A stretch of 64,000 nucleotides of DNA. Source: Styela clava. Its lineage: Eukaryota. The notes under the pieces were generated by a model. It did no database searches and was not told the origin of the DNA. It saw nothing but the letters and a program-made list of their open reading frames with translations. The DNA lies in the NCBI RefSeq assembly GCF_964204865.1, contig NC_135259.1, positions 10,664,001 through 10,728,000 of the forward strand. Reading direction: 5' to 3'. The translations under genes were made by a program, and so were the position numbers. Positions within the stretch are counted from its first letter, which is position 1; every line of letters starts with the position of its first letter. Below, piece after piece: positions 37,740 through 52,000 of this stretch.

Positions 37740-38950
37740 TAAGGAATTTTCCCTGTCCTGTGAATTACATGTGGTACAGATCACATACTGCTCTGACGTC
37801 AGTGCATCACTTGTGTAAACAGCACAGAAAACGTTTGACCTTATCATAGAAATCATAGAAAAGAATTTTATTGATCAGAACGTGTGAAGCATTTGTATTT
37901 TACCATATCTACATGCCCTGCACAAAACGAATCTTCCACATTGGCACATACGATCATGAGGAAGAAGAACATTAAAACGAAAGTTTTGAATGCAAAATAT
38001 CGTCAGGGTCTACATCAATAGTTCTCATGTAAATCGGTAAACATTCCAAGCAAAAAAAGCTTTTTGCACTCTATGCATTCTGTAGAGACTGTTTTGTTTT
38101 TGTTGTTGCTTGTTGTCGGTCAGAAGTTTTGGAAATTTTTTCATAATAGCGATGGCATCTCTTCCTGGAGACTTTTTCATCTGTTCTTCTGGAAATTTGG
38201 CCTAGAGCATGAGATACTTTTGTAGGCCTTTGTCCGACACTTGCTGTTCTTGTTGTGAGAGATCATAGTTTCATCCACTCGTATTTCACCTGCAGGCACA
38301 TAAATCGATTGAATATTTGAAATGACAACTGTAAAAACTTTGGCAACTTTATGCAATCGATCACTTTGTTGAGCGTCGAGATTACCTCCTACGTTCCAAT
38401 TTCTCAGTAAGAGAACAAATCTGTTGTAGGTCACGCCAACTTGGTGGGAAATGGGAAGATAATAGCGAGGATCTCCAGAAATGTCTTCATTTCTTTCTTT
38501 ATGGTATCAATTCATATTGCCATTCTTGATGTGGCATTGTGCATGTTGTGGAGCGTACCTCTTTGTTCAAAGACTCAATCATCAAAGAATTGAAGAAATA
38601 CCTCTATTGGTGCAACATCATTATTGTCGTAATGCACAATATTTTTACTTAGTCCACTTCTACCATAAAACGCAATTTGAGCTTTTGCTGTAACGTCTTC
38701 TTTCCAATATGTACAATTCTGTCTTTGTGGCTATTGTATGTTTGTTGGGGGAGGAAGAACAGGATTGGTATCGTTAGAATCGGATTCCGAAGCCCAACAG
38801 TCAATTGTGGATGTATCATTGTCTGTTGGTTGAAATTCTTCGTCACTGTCAGCCACCACTTTCGTCACTGTTTGACTCACTATAATCGTCATCATTATCT
38901 CTCTTACGTTTTCCGTGAAAAATTCCGTATTAAATGAATTGTACGAAGAA
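37740..38950 (-). mobile_element. piggyBac (PGBD4-like) remnant, inverted copy
   Basis: ORF 38177-38434 (YNRFVLLLRNW...DRLHKV...IRVDETMI) and an acidic N-terminal region (38731-38900); ends near TTAA at 37739-37742. Confidence 0.75.
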
Positions 38951-38959
38951 TCCGTACAT

Positions 38960-41900
38960 GAAACTGAGACTGACGCAACGCATACATATACAATTGCAAT
39001 AGGACCTACAGCTCCCCTGTTATCGCCCCCCCCCCCCCTCCTGCGCAACTACGCCTACCAGACGAGAAGCTTTCGCGAATTCTTGGGCAATCCACCCGGA
39101 TATTTCTCAAGGGTCTATGATGGTCGTGGAGGGTTCGATCACTAAAGGATTAAAACGATATGCATTCAACTGCAGGAAGAGGCAGCAGTGTTTTCGATAG
39201 GAGTGAAGGAAAGGACGTCGTAACTGACAGGATGGTACGTCATGGGCGCCTGCTTTACGACCTATGTTCGAGATATACCGAGCATTGCGTGAAATGGACA
39301 TCCAACTAGACGGCGAGATCATGTAAGATCCAGACAATGTTTGTAACTTCAGGGCAAAGCTACTCGAATCGTTGAGAATGTTAATGCAAGGCAAAGAACG
39401 TTATACTTGGAGGGAGGTTGTCAAGGAAATTTTGGAATTCCGAGTTGTTGGATAACCAAGCCGTAAGGGCAGCAAACAGGAAATAAAAGGAAATGTCTTA
39501 GCGAGATGGGAGAGGGCGAATTACGCCAATACGCGAATTACGCCAAAGCATCAATTGACTGAACATGAAACAACCCCTCGTAGTGTTGAAGAAGTTTCTA
39601 TGATAGCAAATAAGGTGGGCTAAATGATTTTTTAGCGCAACCAAGCATTTTTCTTCCGCTTGGGCTGTACATCAAACCTAGTAATAGTCAATCCACTATC
39701 ATTGAGTTACCTGCATAGCATAGCACCTGGGCACATCGCGACTAACTGCATGGTAAAAGCAATACTATAGATCAATAATAAAGCATTGGGCAAAAATGAT
39801 AGGGAAGAATGGGTAATCATTATCATGCCAAAAATGCTTGAGAATTTAGTACAAGAATGCGAGGAAAAGTGGTCCCAATTCCTAAACGGTGGCCAGCCGC
39901 TGAAGGTTTGGTTACGCGATGCAAATGAGTTGAATAAGTATTCCTCCTCCCAAAGATCCCCAAAATTAGAGGAAAGATCTAGACTGTGTGATTGATACAG
40001 ACCAAAACACGGGAATATAACCAATTAGCAAAACAGGTTGCACTGGATCTTGGAACTAACCCAAGATACAACCAATGCAGCCCCGATTAAATATATCCAA
40101 CCCAGCAGGGCATAACAAGAGATGCATTTAGCGAAAAACTAGTACGGAAGTTGATGGGACCGGTACATCAACTTCCCAAAAAACTTTACCCTGTAAATGT
40201 TTAAACATAATAAACTATGAAAACCTGCCCCTTTCCATTTTTTTGGAGAAGCCGGATTCCTCTAAATATATTTGGATTCGAATGGCCGGGACAGGTGCAA
40301 GCCTTGCAATCGATAACCACACAAATGAATAACCCATCGTCGTGCATGAGTAGTTTCGCAATGACAGTCGGAGAACCTAAGAGTGACGACTCTTTTGTGA
40401 GGTCCGACGCGGAAGGGCAACTAAAGTATGTGCAGACTCACCATGCGTTTCTGGCCAAGAACGGAGTTCAAAAGGTTAGACACCCAAGCAAACAAAAGGG
40501 TCAAATCCGGAAGATAGAGCCCCAGCCCGGACTCGAGGGGTCAAGTCTTGGACTATTGGGATGGATCACGGAGTGCAGGAAAATCATCCGTCATGCCTAA
40601 ACTAAATAGGCAAGTTACGACGTACAAATTAATAAGAAATTATATATTGAAAGAAGGCACGCCAAACGAAGTAAGAGAATATTTGCAAAAGTTGAGCGCT
40701 GTGGCGATAGCCCTTGCAAAAAAGTCTATGCCCCGCCATAACTTAATTCACCTGAAAATACGTAGTGCCCCAGATGATGAATGAGCGACAAAAGCAAGAA
40801 GCGGACTGGTAACAATCTTGGAGGCTCGTACTAAATCTTCAACCCTTGAATGCTGCAATTGAATTGATTAAAATACCACCCCCGCAAATGACCCAGGTGA
40901 AGGATGTGATAACGCTTCTTGGCCTAAAGAAAGCCTATTTCATTGCGATGTGACAGAAATATCAAAAGTCTTCCTTGGAATAGCTGTGAAAGTATACGTT
41001 GGCTCCACCTCGGAATATATACAAACTAAGAGGCTGGATTGGATCCTTAAGGTATATAGCAGATAATTTCCCTGTGCTAAGACTGAAGCTGGCGAAGGTC
41101 GACGCGCTAACAGGGAAAGTACCTGTGACGCGTGGTAGGGAACGCCAGTAATATGGACTAATAAATCAGTGGAAGAATATAAAATCGCACAAAGTCAATT
41201 GAACAACACAAGAATATTATACCATGTCGATCAGAAATTCCCGTTATACATCGAGACAGACGCCTCGGAAAATGGGGTTAGTGCAATCCTGTTCCAAACA
41301 GAAAAGGGGAAGAAACCTCCTTTCAAAATTGTTTACCCAATAGCCTACTCCAGCCATAAGTGGGGCACTCCAGCGGCAAGGACGTATGACACATGTACAA
41401 AGGTTCAAAAGCTTTGAAAAAGTCGGTGGACAAGTCGCAGTCTATCCTGTACGCAATACCATCATACCAATATCATAACAGACAATACGGGAGTATTCGG
41501 CCTATTAAAGAGAATGAAAGATAACTCGAAAAACCCCCCAAGTCCTCGATTGCTGATACAAAGATGGCAGAATCATTTATCAGGAATTCAAATAGTTTTA
41601 CCTTCAATGGTCTTACTCGCGCATTTTGGATGGCAACAAAAAAAAAAATGCACGCTACTTTAACAGGCAAAAAAATGAAAGAAAGAAGAGAGAAAATACA
41701 GCGCGCCCTGCAAGCATAGAGAATGCTCATATGCGAGCGAAGGTTTCCACCCATGGGAGCAATTGCAGAATGTTCTACAAAAACAACTTTGCATCAGATA
41801 CCAAAAGGCTTACTTGCAGAGAGTAATGCAAGGCAGCTACCGTTACAGAGAGTGGCTTAGCATCAGCGTACGCCCAGATGTGAACTGCGCCAGCGTATAA

Positions 41901-42291
41901 TGACAATTCTCGTAACGGAATCCTATAGCATGTAACGCAAGCAAAAAACGTGGAATCCATACTACAAACTGGTTTGGCGACGCAATCCCTGACGCAAAAT
42001 TACATACATTTTACTAGGACAAGAAAGGCAAAAGTTCGGAAGCAAATTAGAGAAATCTCAATTGAATCGAACGCGCCAAAAGACGTGGGTTCATCGGTAT
42101 TGGAAACAACTAACCCAAACGTGTTATTATCTAGGGGCCGATACCAAGGGAACTGACCAAAATCAGGGAGGTTGACAAGTTTGCGAGCTAATTGCAAAAG
42201 AAATTAACAATTTTACAAGATAGATAGGATTCATCTACCTGAGCCGACTTATTTTCGGAATAAAAACATTATCCCGCTGTGTTTCATGAAC
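38960..42291 (+). mobile_element. Degenerate Ty3/gypsy-type LTR retrotransposon with Tpt1/KptA-like domain, copy 2
   Basis: Reverse complement of 25481-29055 with different deletions. RNase H PLYIETDASENGVSAILFQ...PIAYSS (41169-41417); Tpt1-like HVTQAKNVESILQTGL..YIHFT..NPNVLLSRG (41929-42156); LTR 42170-42291. Confidence 0.85.
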
Positions 42292-43087
42292 TATTATCAA
42301 GTGATACGGAATGTAGCGGCGGGTTGTTAATTAACGTGGCCCGATATATGCACATATGTACTTTTTCACCCGTTGGCACTTGAATCTAAGTTTATTTTCA
42401 CATACATGATATCATATATATCTGATGTTTATACGGTGATAATATATACAAGTTTTCGTTTACAAAGAAAACGAAAACTAAGACACACGCACTCCGAAAT
42501 AACAGATATTATGCACAACAAGAAGACTTTACCGTTTTTATAGTTACAAATATGTCTAGGGACAGATGTCCTGCCGTGGCGAACTGCACTTGGTCCACAG
42601 ATTGTAGGTTGCCGACCCCAGATCTAATGTATGCAAATGCTTATACTCATATAACTTGTTCCACTACTTATATAGCCACAACAAAATGAGGAAATGGGAT
42701 GATTTTCCAAATAAATACCATCTATTTTAATATATTATGAAATACTTTCATGATGTTCTCATGATGTTTCCAACAAAATCTCCGTATTTATGAGACTCTG
42801 AATAATGTTTTTTGTTTTGTTTCAAACGCACAATAAATATGTCATGATGCGTTCCACTGTGTGATTGTTTGTAGCAGCTTGGAGATTGTTAGGTCCGAAT
42901 AAATATTACAGCAAAAAGTGAAATGATGTCACTTACACTAAAGTATTAACCTGGACATGTTTTTATTAGGCATTTCACACGCCTTTACCCCAAACATCGA
43001 CCTACATAAACAATCAATGATACAAATTAAAATTTTTGAACGAGCGAATCTGAAATCTTTTATCAAAAAATATTCAAAAATAAATTG

Positions 43088-43722
43088 TTGGTCACGTGAG
43101 TGGATCGTTTTTGATATTATGTTGTTGTTCTTCTCCTTCGTCATGATAAAATCGCTTTTCTCTTCGAATACTGGACCAATTGCTTTAAAATTTTCAGTAG
43201 TTGAAGATTGATTCTTTTGCCAGGATGTAATTACTTTTATTTATTCCTAAATTTCCAATGAATCTTATGAGATCTAATATTTCAACAAAAATTGCGCTGT
43301 GATACTTTTTAATTGTGGGAACACGGTTTTTAATACGCCAAGCGTGACGGCTGACTGTGAAAATTGCGACTGTAAAAATTGCGACTGTAAACTTTTTGAG
43401 GGTACGGTACCGGTAACGTCTAAGGTACGGTCTGCTTCGCTTTAGCCCACGTGTCCATATATTTGAGCGTTGCTCGCTTGTTGGACACGAAGTGGACATA
43501 ACGATCGTTTCAAAATTTTGTTGTTATTGTTATTTGTCTCCGTCTCCATTTTTAAAAAATCGCTTTTCTCTTCGAATACTGGACCAATTGCTTTGATTTT
43601 TTCAGTAGTTAAAGATAAAATTTTTCTCCAGAAGTCAATTACTTTGTTTTCGCTATGACGTCATCAAAATTATTGCCATTGGGTGGCGCTACGTGTCCAT
43701 ATATTTGAGCATAGCTCTCTTG
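43088..43722 (+). mobile_element. Two HINE/DINE-like elements head-to-tail (43088-43480, 43481-43722)
   Basis: Both end GTGTCCATATATTTGAGC...GCTC.CTTG|TT; the second is absent from the mirrored arm. Confidence 0.55.
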
Positions 43723-45114
43723 TTATTGTATGCAATTATATCTCATCTGATATACTGATGGGGGGTCTCAAATAAAAGGAATATGCAGCAATTTTATTGT
43801 TTGTGAATACATAATTCCCTAGAAAATTCAATCTAATTTAACGCGATTAAACACGTCACTTAAATTCTCTCTTCAATAAATTGCACATTCCAATTGCCTT
43901 CGCGTTTGAATGAGCGTTTCCGATAATTCCCTCTTCATTTAACTTCGATCTAAACCTTGTTCACGCATCTGAAGTAATTGTATCGTCTATGGACATCGCA
44001 TAGCCAACTGGGACAGCGGAAAAAAAATTGTTAGCAGGAAAAGCAATCACTGATACTGGCATTTTTATTCTCTACTGTGTAAGTGTCGAAGTCGAAGGTA
44101 ATATTCAGGACGAAAAACAAAACAGATTGTATCATGAACAAATTCAGTTATGTATATTGGATGAGGTCGTTTTAACATCGTTTTCCTGGAGATAACATCA
44201 CGATATGACGATAGCAAACAATGATAATTGGATTTATCTAAGATAACTGATTTATGTATTCAAAGTCTAAGTCGAATCTTCGTTACACGTATGACGAAAT
44301 ATTCTTTGATATTCGAAGCCAGAATAGCAATTGCAGTAAAACGAATATATCAGTCGGCGAAACGAAAGTTGTAGCTGTCTGAAACATCGTAATGTGAATG
44401 GAAAATCTCAACAAATATTGACGGTGTTCATTGTACTCTTACTTCGTTTGGTTGCGAGGCAATGGTGCAATATTAAAAGTGACCTAGCTCTTTTGGTAAT
44501 AGGCCTGCGGCGATGTTAATACGTATCAAATTACAACAACTTACGTGACTTTTGTACGTAAATAGGATTTTTTTTTAAATTTCACTAACAAATTATATAA
44601 TGTTTTTTTTTCTCTTCTGTTTATTGATTGCATCCTGAGACAAATTAATTTCAAAGTAACTTGAGATTGAACATGTCATATGATAGAAACTTCACGCAAT
44701 ATTGCCTTGTCATGACAGTAGGGAGTTTTTTGTGTCGGATGAAGTTTGCTTTTAAATATCGTGCGATTTGCGGAAATGGTCACATCAAATAATGAAAGGG
44801 CTTGTTTCGCTGTCTGCAAGCGCATCTTATATGCCGAAAACATAACCAATAACTGAATCGCCTTTTCCTATTTTTGTTAGAAGATTGCTATTATAAGTTT
44901 GTAATATATATACTTTATATATATCTGTATAAAAGCTTCTAGGTCTTAGATCATATGACGAATGGGTTTCGTAGATGTTTATTCTTGATCCCTACTTTTT
45001 GTCGTGATTGAAGCACTATTTCTTTATAGATTTAGGAAACTGTCACGATTTTTTGACTTCGAAGGTACTTTATAACAGTAGTAATATTATTCTTACACAG
45101 GTCTGAACATTACA

Positions 45115-48100
45115 ATGAAAATTACGGCCATGTTACTAACTTCAGCATCTATGTTATTGCTTACTGTCGTAAGTGAAGCAAAATTGGAGTTTTCAGAAGA
45201 TATGGAAAGAGGTTTTACTGTTGGTTGGGAATTTGATGGTGAAGATATAATATTTGAAGTATGTGAAAGTACGCTGTATAGGCTTTAATTGTGCTTTGTC
45301 AGGAAATTGATTTTAGTTAACTTTTTTATCAACAGTCCAAAAATAATTTTTGTGTGCATACATTTTGCATCTGATACCTGGAAAAATTTAAATTTAATTT
45401 TCGAAAAGTAAAGTGAGGTGACCATTAGTTTTCAAGAGAAACCCCAATAATTGGATTTTGAATAATAAAATATGCAGCGATCAATAGTCGAGACGTAACT
45501 ATTTATTTGTTCAATGCCATGAGACAGGTCCTTGTTTTAGGACAACATGTGATAAGTCGCATGGAATGACTAATGTGAGAAAATATGCCATAAGCTATCA
45601 CACCTTACGAAAAGTAAAACAATATTGTTTATCGTGTTTTACGTTCCGATTAATACAGCGATAAGTATGCAGCCGGGGGCAATGTAGTTAAAAGTGACTC
45701 TGGACACATTTTATATCATTTCAAAACACAATTAACATATTTACAAATGTGCAGATTAGTTCACTTTTCTTCTTAATTTGTAGCAAGCTCCAGCGTTTAC
45801 GAGTATTAACGTAACATTAAGTTGTCTGTCTAGACTCCTGGCAATGAAAGTCTTTGCCTTATACCATACATTTTAAATTCAATGAATCTAATGAATGAAT
45901 CTTGTGAATTTTAAATATCTGCAATTATCCAAGATGAAGCATAAATGGAGGGTGGTGTTCCGGTAGTTGTTATGAATCGGATATATTTGAACTTTATTTT
46001 AGATATAAAGACCTGTTTCAGATATATATATATATAATGTCGTGGCAATATATGCAAGATTTAATCACAATTAAAAACATACTATCGTATTACTAGATTA
46101 AATTACAAAATGTAGCTCACCTTATGTCTTCTCGCGCGTTTGAGCATTTTCACATTATAACCTCGTTGGTAAAAAATCACATTTGTTACTTTTTCATTAC
46201 ATTATAAATCGAACATCACATATAGAAGATTCATAATTACTATTTTTCAAGGTTTCCGCGCCAACTTTGGGATGGGTCGGAATTGGATTTTCAGAGACAA
46301 AAACGATGCAAAGAGCAGATCTCATCATGATGGGCATAAAGGATGGAAAACCATACGCCTGGGTAAAAACATAGATTAATGACATTTTAACGCCAATTTG
46401 TTTTTCAGATTGTGCCCGAAACGTTATTCATTGAATAGTAATTTAAATATTTTGTCGTTAATGGGATTTTATTTATTTAATACGAAAGCCAGCGAAGAAC
46501 GTCTTTTATTTGTTTCATGAGTTACATCGGTCAAAAACGGAGTATCTTAAAAAAGCTCGGTTATTGTATATGTTTGTTTATACAATTTGTAAATATCCAT
46601 ACATACTTACATAATTGATATAACCATTCTAACAGGATGCATACTCAGAAATGACGGGAACGGTGCGAATAGATTTCGATCAAGATGTGATAATACTTGA
46701 CAGTGCTGAAAATGGAACAACCTACATGAAAATTAAAAGACCCCTCAAATCTAAAGATACAACAAAAGACAACGAGATATTTGTAAAGTGTTTTTATGTT
46801 TCCACGGATATTTAAATGTTAAATTAAATTTTAGTACAATTGCATTAATAATTTGACTGAATAGAAAAATGTGAATGAATTTTTTTTCGAAACAAGTTTA
46901 AAATGGGAACTTCACAATATGTTGAATATAAAAGATGCTTTTTCCACATGTTTATATTATCTTGCGTGATATTATTTTTTTGTAAAATCGCCACTGTTCA
47001 TAAGCAAAATAATTCAAAATCTTTATTAGAAAGGAGACAATAACTTTCTTTGGGCTTTTGGTGGTAAAGACAAAACAAAAGAAACAACAGAGGAAGATTA
47101 TCATTGGACGAACAGAGGTAATCTCATTTTTCATCGTCAAAAAAAAATCACCTTTGATTTTATCACTGAAAACTAAACTAGAGGTTATTTTTCATCAGAA
47201 GTGCTACATTGTTGTTATTTTTGTTGTTGTAAAGTAATTAGTAGTGAATATAAAAAAAAGTAAACTAGTCATAAATATACGTAATACAGACAAGCAACTA
47301 TGCATATAAATTATGATACAAAATATTAAAAAATGCAAATGTATTTGCAATCTAATATAGCACGCACTTCGACATTAAAGTTCTTTACAAATTGAGCCTC
47401 CAAAGTCTAAATCTTCTCAAAAGAGGAGTTGGAATGACTGTAACATTAACATGACTCTAAATTACTATAACATTATTTATATATATATATTTTTTTCAGG
47501 TTATCGATTATTGAACACTCTTGGAATAAAACCAGAAACGGATGGTAAAATTTTATTTCTTCATCAAAACCTTTTTTTTAATATTTTTGTAAACTAACGG
47601 CGTTTCGTTTGACAGCAACCAAGCCTACAACTAAGCAACCAACCACTCTCGTATCTAAAGCAAATATAGATGAAGTGCATCTTGGTGTGATCGATGAAAA
47701 TTTTCCTTATAGTATTTGGCTCGATACAGAAGAAACTGTGCATTTAAAATGGAATTTTGACGAGGAGAATATCTCATTGCAAGTGAGTTTTCTACTTCCT
47801 ACTGATTTTTGCTGTATCTCTTAATTGTCCCTTCCGTGATAACGCATTTCCTTATTATTCTTGTGCTCTCTTCCTTTTTTTCAATTTTCTTACTTTTTCA
47901 TGTTTTCAGTTAATTGCTCCTACGACGGGTTGGATAGGAATAGGTTTCTCGCAGACATCTTCTATGTCCGGAGCTGATTTAATTATCGCAGGAAAGTTGA
48001 ACAACGAACCCTACGTATTGGTAAATTACATTTTATCCTGAAAGTGTTTTTGTGTCGTAGTTAACGAAACAATAAACTATAGAACTAGTTTACGTTACCT

Positions 48101-49038
48101 GTTTTTAACTATGATTAATCTTTACCAAATAGGACTGTCACTCGGATAAAAATGACATACCTGATGTTGACGAACAACAAGATGTCAAATTGCTTGAAAG
48201 TTGGGAGAATGGAACACACACCATGGCAACCGTCACCAGGAAACGAGTCACGTGCGATGATGACGACAAGATGATTGGCGTATGTAAAGTACTTTTAGTT
48301 AACAATCAACAAATGCAGACCATTAATCCAATGTGAAAATATAACACCAAAAATGAAACATACGTGTATCACTGATTCCAACACAAATATCATCAGTTAT
48401 ATTTGAGTTACTTTTCCTAATTTTCTATAGACTTCATTTTTTGTATTTTCTATTATTTCTAGCGTTCGTCCTGTTTTTGATTTTCAGTATGGCATCGGCT
48501 CTCTAAGTCTAGCCTATTCCGAGTATAGTTAAATTGATAGAATATTTCATATCGGAAAGAAACCTATTCCAATAACCACGGTAAGTTTCCTGTCTGATTC
48601 ACAAAAGCCACGTTCCATGGTAAAGAATAATCAAGCACGTTATAAAACCGCCCCATTTTAAATATATTTCACTACCTACAGGAAGGAACTTATCGTGTAA
48701 TTTGGGCGTACGGTGGAAACGATATTGTTGGAATGCAGCCTGGCCGGTCCAATTACCATATGCGAAACAGAGGTTAGTGCAGTTACATAGTTTCGAAATG
48801 GATTAGAAACTAGCTGGGCGACTACGTCAAATACTCCTATTATTGAAACATATACTGGTATACATAATAATATTTAGTTGATTAACTTTATTCAATTTCA
48901 GGGGCAAAGAGTTTGAAACTGGTCAATGCGGTTATACAGATTGATAAGAAAGGTAGTTTTTAACATTTGTTTTCTCTTCTATACATATATACATTCTAGT
49001 CGACACGAAGAAGTTCAATCATCTTCGATCTTCAAATT

Positions 49039-49074
<36 letters not shown>

Positions 49075-52000
49075 TTGAAAATAGAAAGAGTCTTAAAAAA
49101 GTGATCATCACTTTCCCACATTTTCAAATTTCTAATGAGACCTATGAAATCGACTATTTCAATTTCGAAATTTTGTTGTTTTACTTTAATTAAAGATAAA
49201 CTATTCGGCATTCCTTCCTGCCCGACCGCTTCCGTTACGCTTGTACGATTGCGACAGAACTTTTCTCGGTACCCTGAGGCCTTGCTGTATCGACGAGCCA
49301 CTATTATGTCCATATATTTGAGCTCTGCTTTGTCGTATTCATATTGCATCGTATAGCCACTTCATTGCTCTAAATATGATTTGATGAAATTTTTTGTATC
49401 AGGCCAGTATTCTTTCAAAGAGGAATTTTGCTAAAAATTTTCCTTATTGGGGCAATCCATTAACTACATCCAATAATCTTTTTACCTAATTTAGCTAAAA
49501 AAAAATTATTGGGGCAATCCATTAACTACATCCAATAATCTTTTTACCTTGAGACGAAATTCATAACGACCACCAATTAATGCATCGCAGTGCCATTATA
49601 ACCACTTATATTGCTGAATTCCATAAAGACATTGCCGAGGAGGAATACAAGCAGTTTGATATTCGACCAACAAATTTTCGAATACCGAATCTTGATACAT
49701 TCTATCTATGCAAATTATTCAAAATACCGGAGGAACCGGAAGTTCATCATGTAATTGGGGTAAGAAGAAATACTTTTAAAATGACAGTCGTAAACCTTAT
49801 TTTGGATTCCAAATAGAACCACTGTAACTTTACGAAAGTATTCAATGCTTGAATAGCCTACAGCCCTACACTACCATGACATGTTATCATTAGAACAAAA
49901 CGCTATTCAAAAAAATACAACCCGAATACGTCCCCTTTTAATATATATATACTAGTCTAAATTTGTATTCATCTATTTCCCAGTTTGACATCGTCATTAC
50001 TCCAGGGAACCGAAAGAATGTTCATCATTTGATCGTATTTTTATGTGAAGACTTGAGGGTTTGTATTTTTTTTTTCAGTAAAGTATATTAATAAGATAGC
50101 GAGTTGGACTTGCGTATGAAAAGAAAATTAAATTTCACAGATACCGATAAGTCGGATATAGTTAATTTAATTCTTAATATCATCTTACATTCATTCTTTA
50201 GCTTACTTGTGTTGGCTTTACCGGTTGTCGTCTCAGGGAAACTAATAACTCTACACAAAAATTTAGCTTGAATTGCATATTTATTTCGTAGTTAAGTGGA
50301 TGTTCCATGTGTCCCGATAAATGGTGGCCATCGTTCTGCGAATAATAAATGAACCTAGGGACCTGTGCCATAATTAGCTCTCAAATATTCCTATGTATTC
50401 CGATAAATGGTGGTCATCGTTCTCAAAATAATAAATGAACCTAATGAGCGATTTCCAAAGCATAAAAACAAATTGCAAAGCAAAACATGCTACGCCGCTT
50501 GTTTTATCAATTCTCCACTTGGCAAATATCCTTTCGATAGCTTCAAACCGCGTTTTGAAAAAATGAAGTATTTTATCAAGTTTTCGAAGATTTTCATAAC
50601 ACCTGCACATTTTAAAAATCTACTACTTATGGCTAGGTAATATCTAAATACCTAATTCCGAATTTCAGGGTCATTCGCAGCTTGGAAAAGACCTGGAATG
50701 CTTCACAGAAATGAATCCATTCTGGGCCGGCTGTTCAAAGATGTTCGTTGGTTGGGCTGTAGGAATGTCTAATGTTCGTTTTCCAATCGAAGCCGGATAT
50801 CCGATCGGAGGAAAAGATGGGCCAAAATACGTTTTACTAGAAACCCATTATGACAATCCGGATTTGAAACCTGGTAAGGAAGAATCGGGAAATTAAAAAT
50901 ATCAATATTACTTTAAAAACCTTGAATATCGGGCGCATACGTATTCATATCTGAGTATATTGCAGTGGCGGCGCGTGGTCATTTTGACAACCGTGGCAAG
51001 CTACTGCGGGACCAAGTCACCCCCATCTACGGGGACAGGATGAGCGCTGTAAGTTCTCCCATCATTTTATGAGTATAAAAACCATTCCATCGGTAACAAC
51101 CAAACGGCAAAAGCGACAATTTTTAACGATAAGAAAGTGTCTTTAAAACCGGTCCAAGTCAAGGGATTAATAAATATAAACATAATTTATTTTGAAACCT
51201 CTTTCAAAAGGAAAGGCAATATTTACCCAGATAAATACAATGACATATTAACAGAAACTTTGGGAAAGCAGACAAAACCTAAAATAAGGTTTAAAACGTT
51301 ACTATGAAGAAAGGAAAGTTAATGCAAAGATAAGGACATGCGTCGCTCACTCATAGATATATATGCTGCTAGACTTCTACTGCTTGAACATATATGCAAC
51401 ACGCCGCGGTTTCTTGGAAGCAAAATGCTCAATAACGCGCTGATTAAAGTCATGCATCCCAGAAATAACGTCTCTGTGAATGGATAGAACAGCCAAGAAA
51501 TTTAATCTATCTTGCTTCATTGTGTTTCTGAGATACGTTTTAATACGCTTCAGCGTGCTAAATGTTCGCTCTGCGTCGGCGGAAGAAATAGGCGTCGTCA
51601 AAATGATGTCCAGAAATTTTGCAGACGCCGCAAAGGTAGTTACTAGAGTGTTATCTATGAGGAACCCATAGAGCGCGCAAGTTGATGTGATGTTCAAAAA
51701 AGTTTGATTGGTGTATATACATCGCAATTCATTTTCCAATTTACCCTCGTTTATCATGGGGTGAAATTTGGAGACAGTAGCCAACAAATGGATGGGAAAT
51801 TGACGTGCAAATTTTAAAAAATTTTTGGGGTTCATCAAAGAGAACGCGGCAAGGTGTTCAGTGCGCAGACAATCGCCTATTTGATTCACCAGAATGTCAC
51901 AGCATTCCTTTGCAGACAAAATCAAACGCTGCGTTGTTTGCCCGCGGCGTAAAGAAGCACTCCATGTGTCGTCGTATTTAATTGTTTCCCGGATACGAGA

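Noticed and set aside
49444-50445. Small direct duplications in copy C introns (49444/49506 and 50315/50401)
   Set aside because: Ordinary ~45-bp local duplications with no sign of function.
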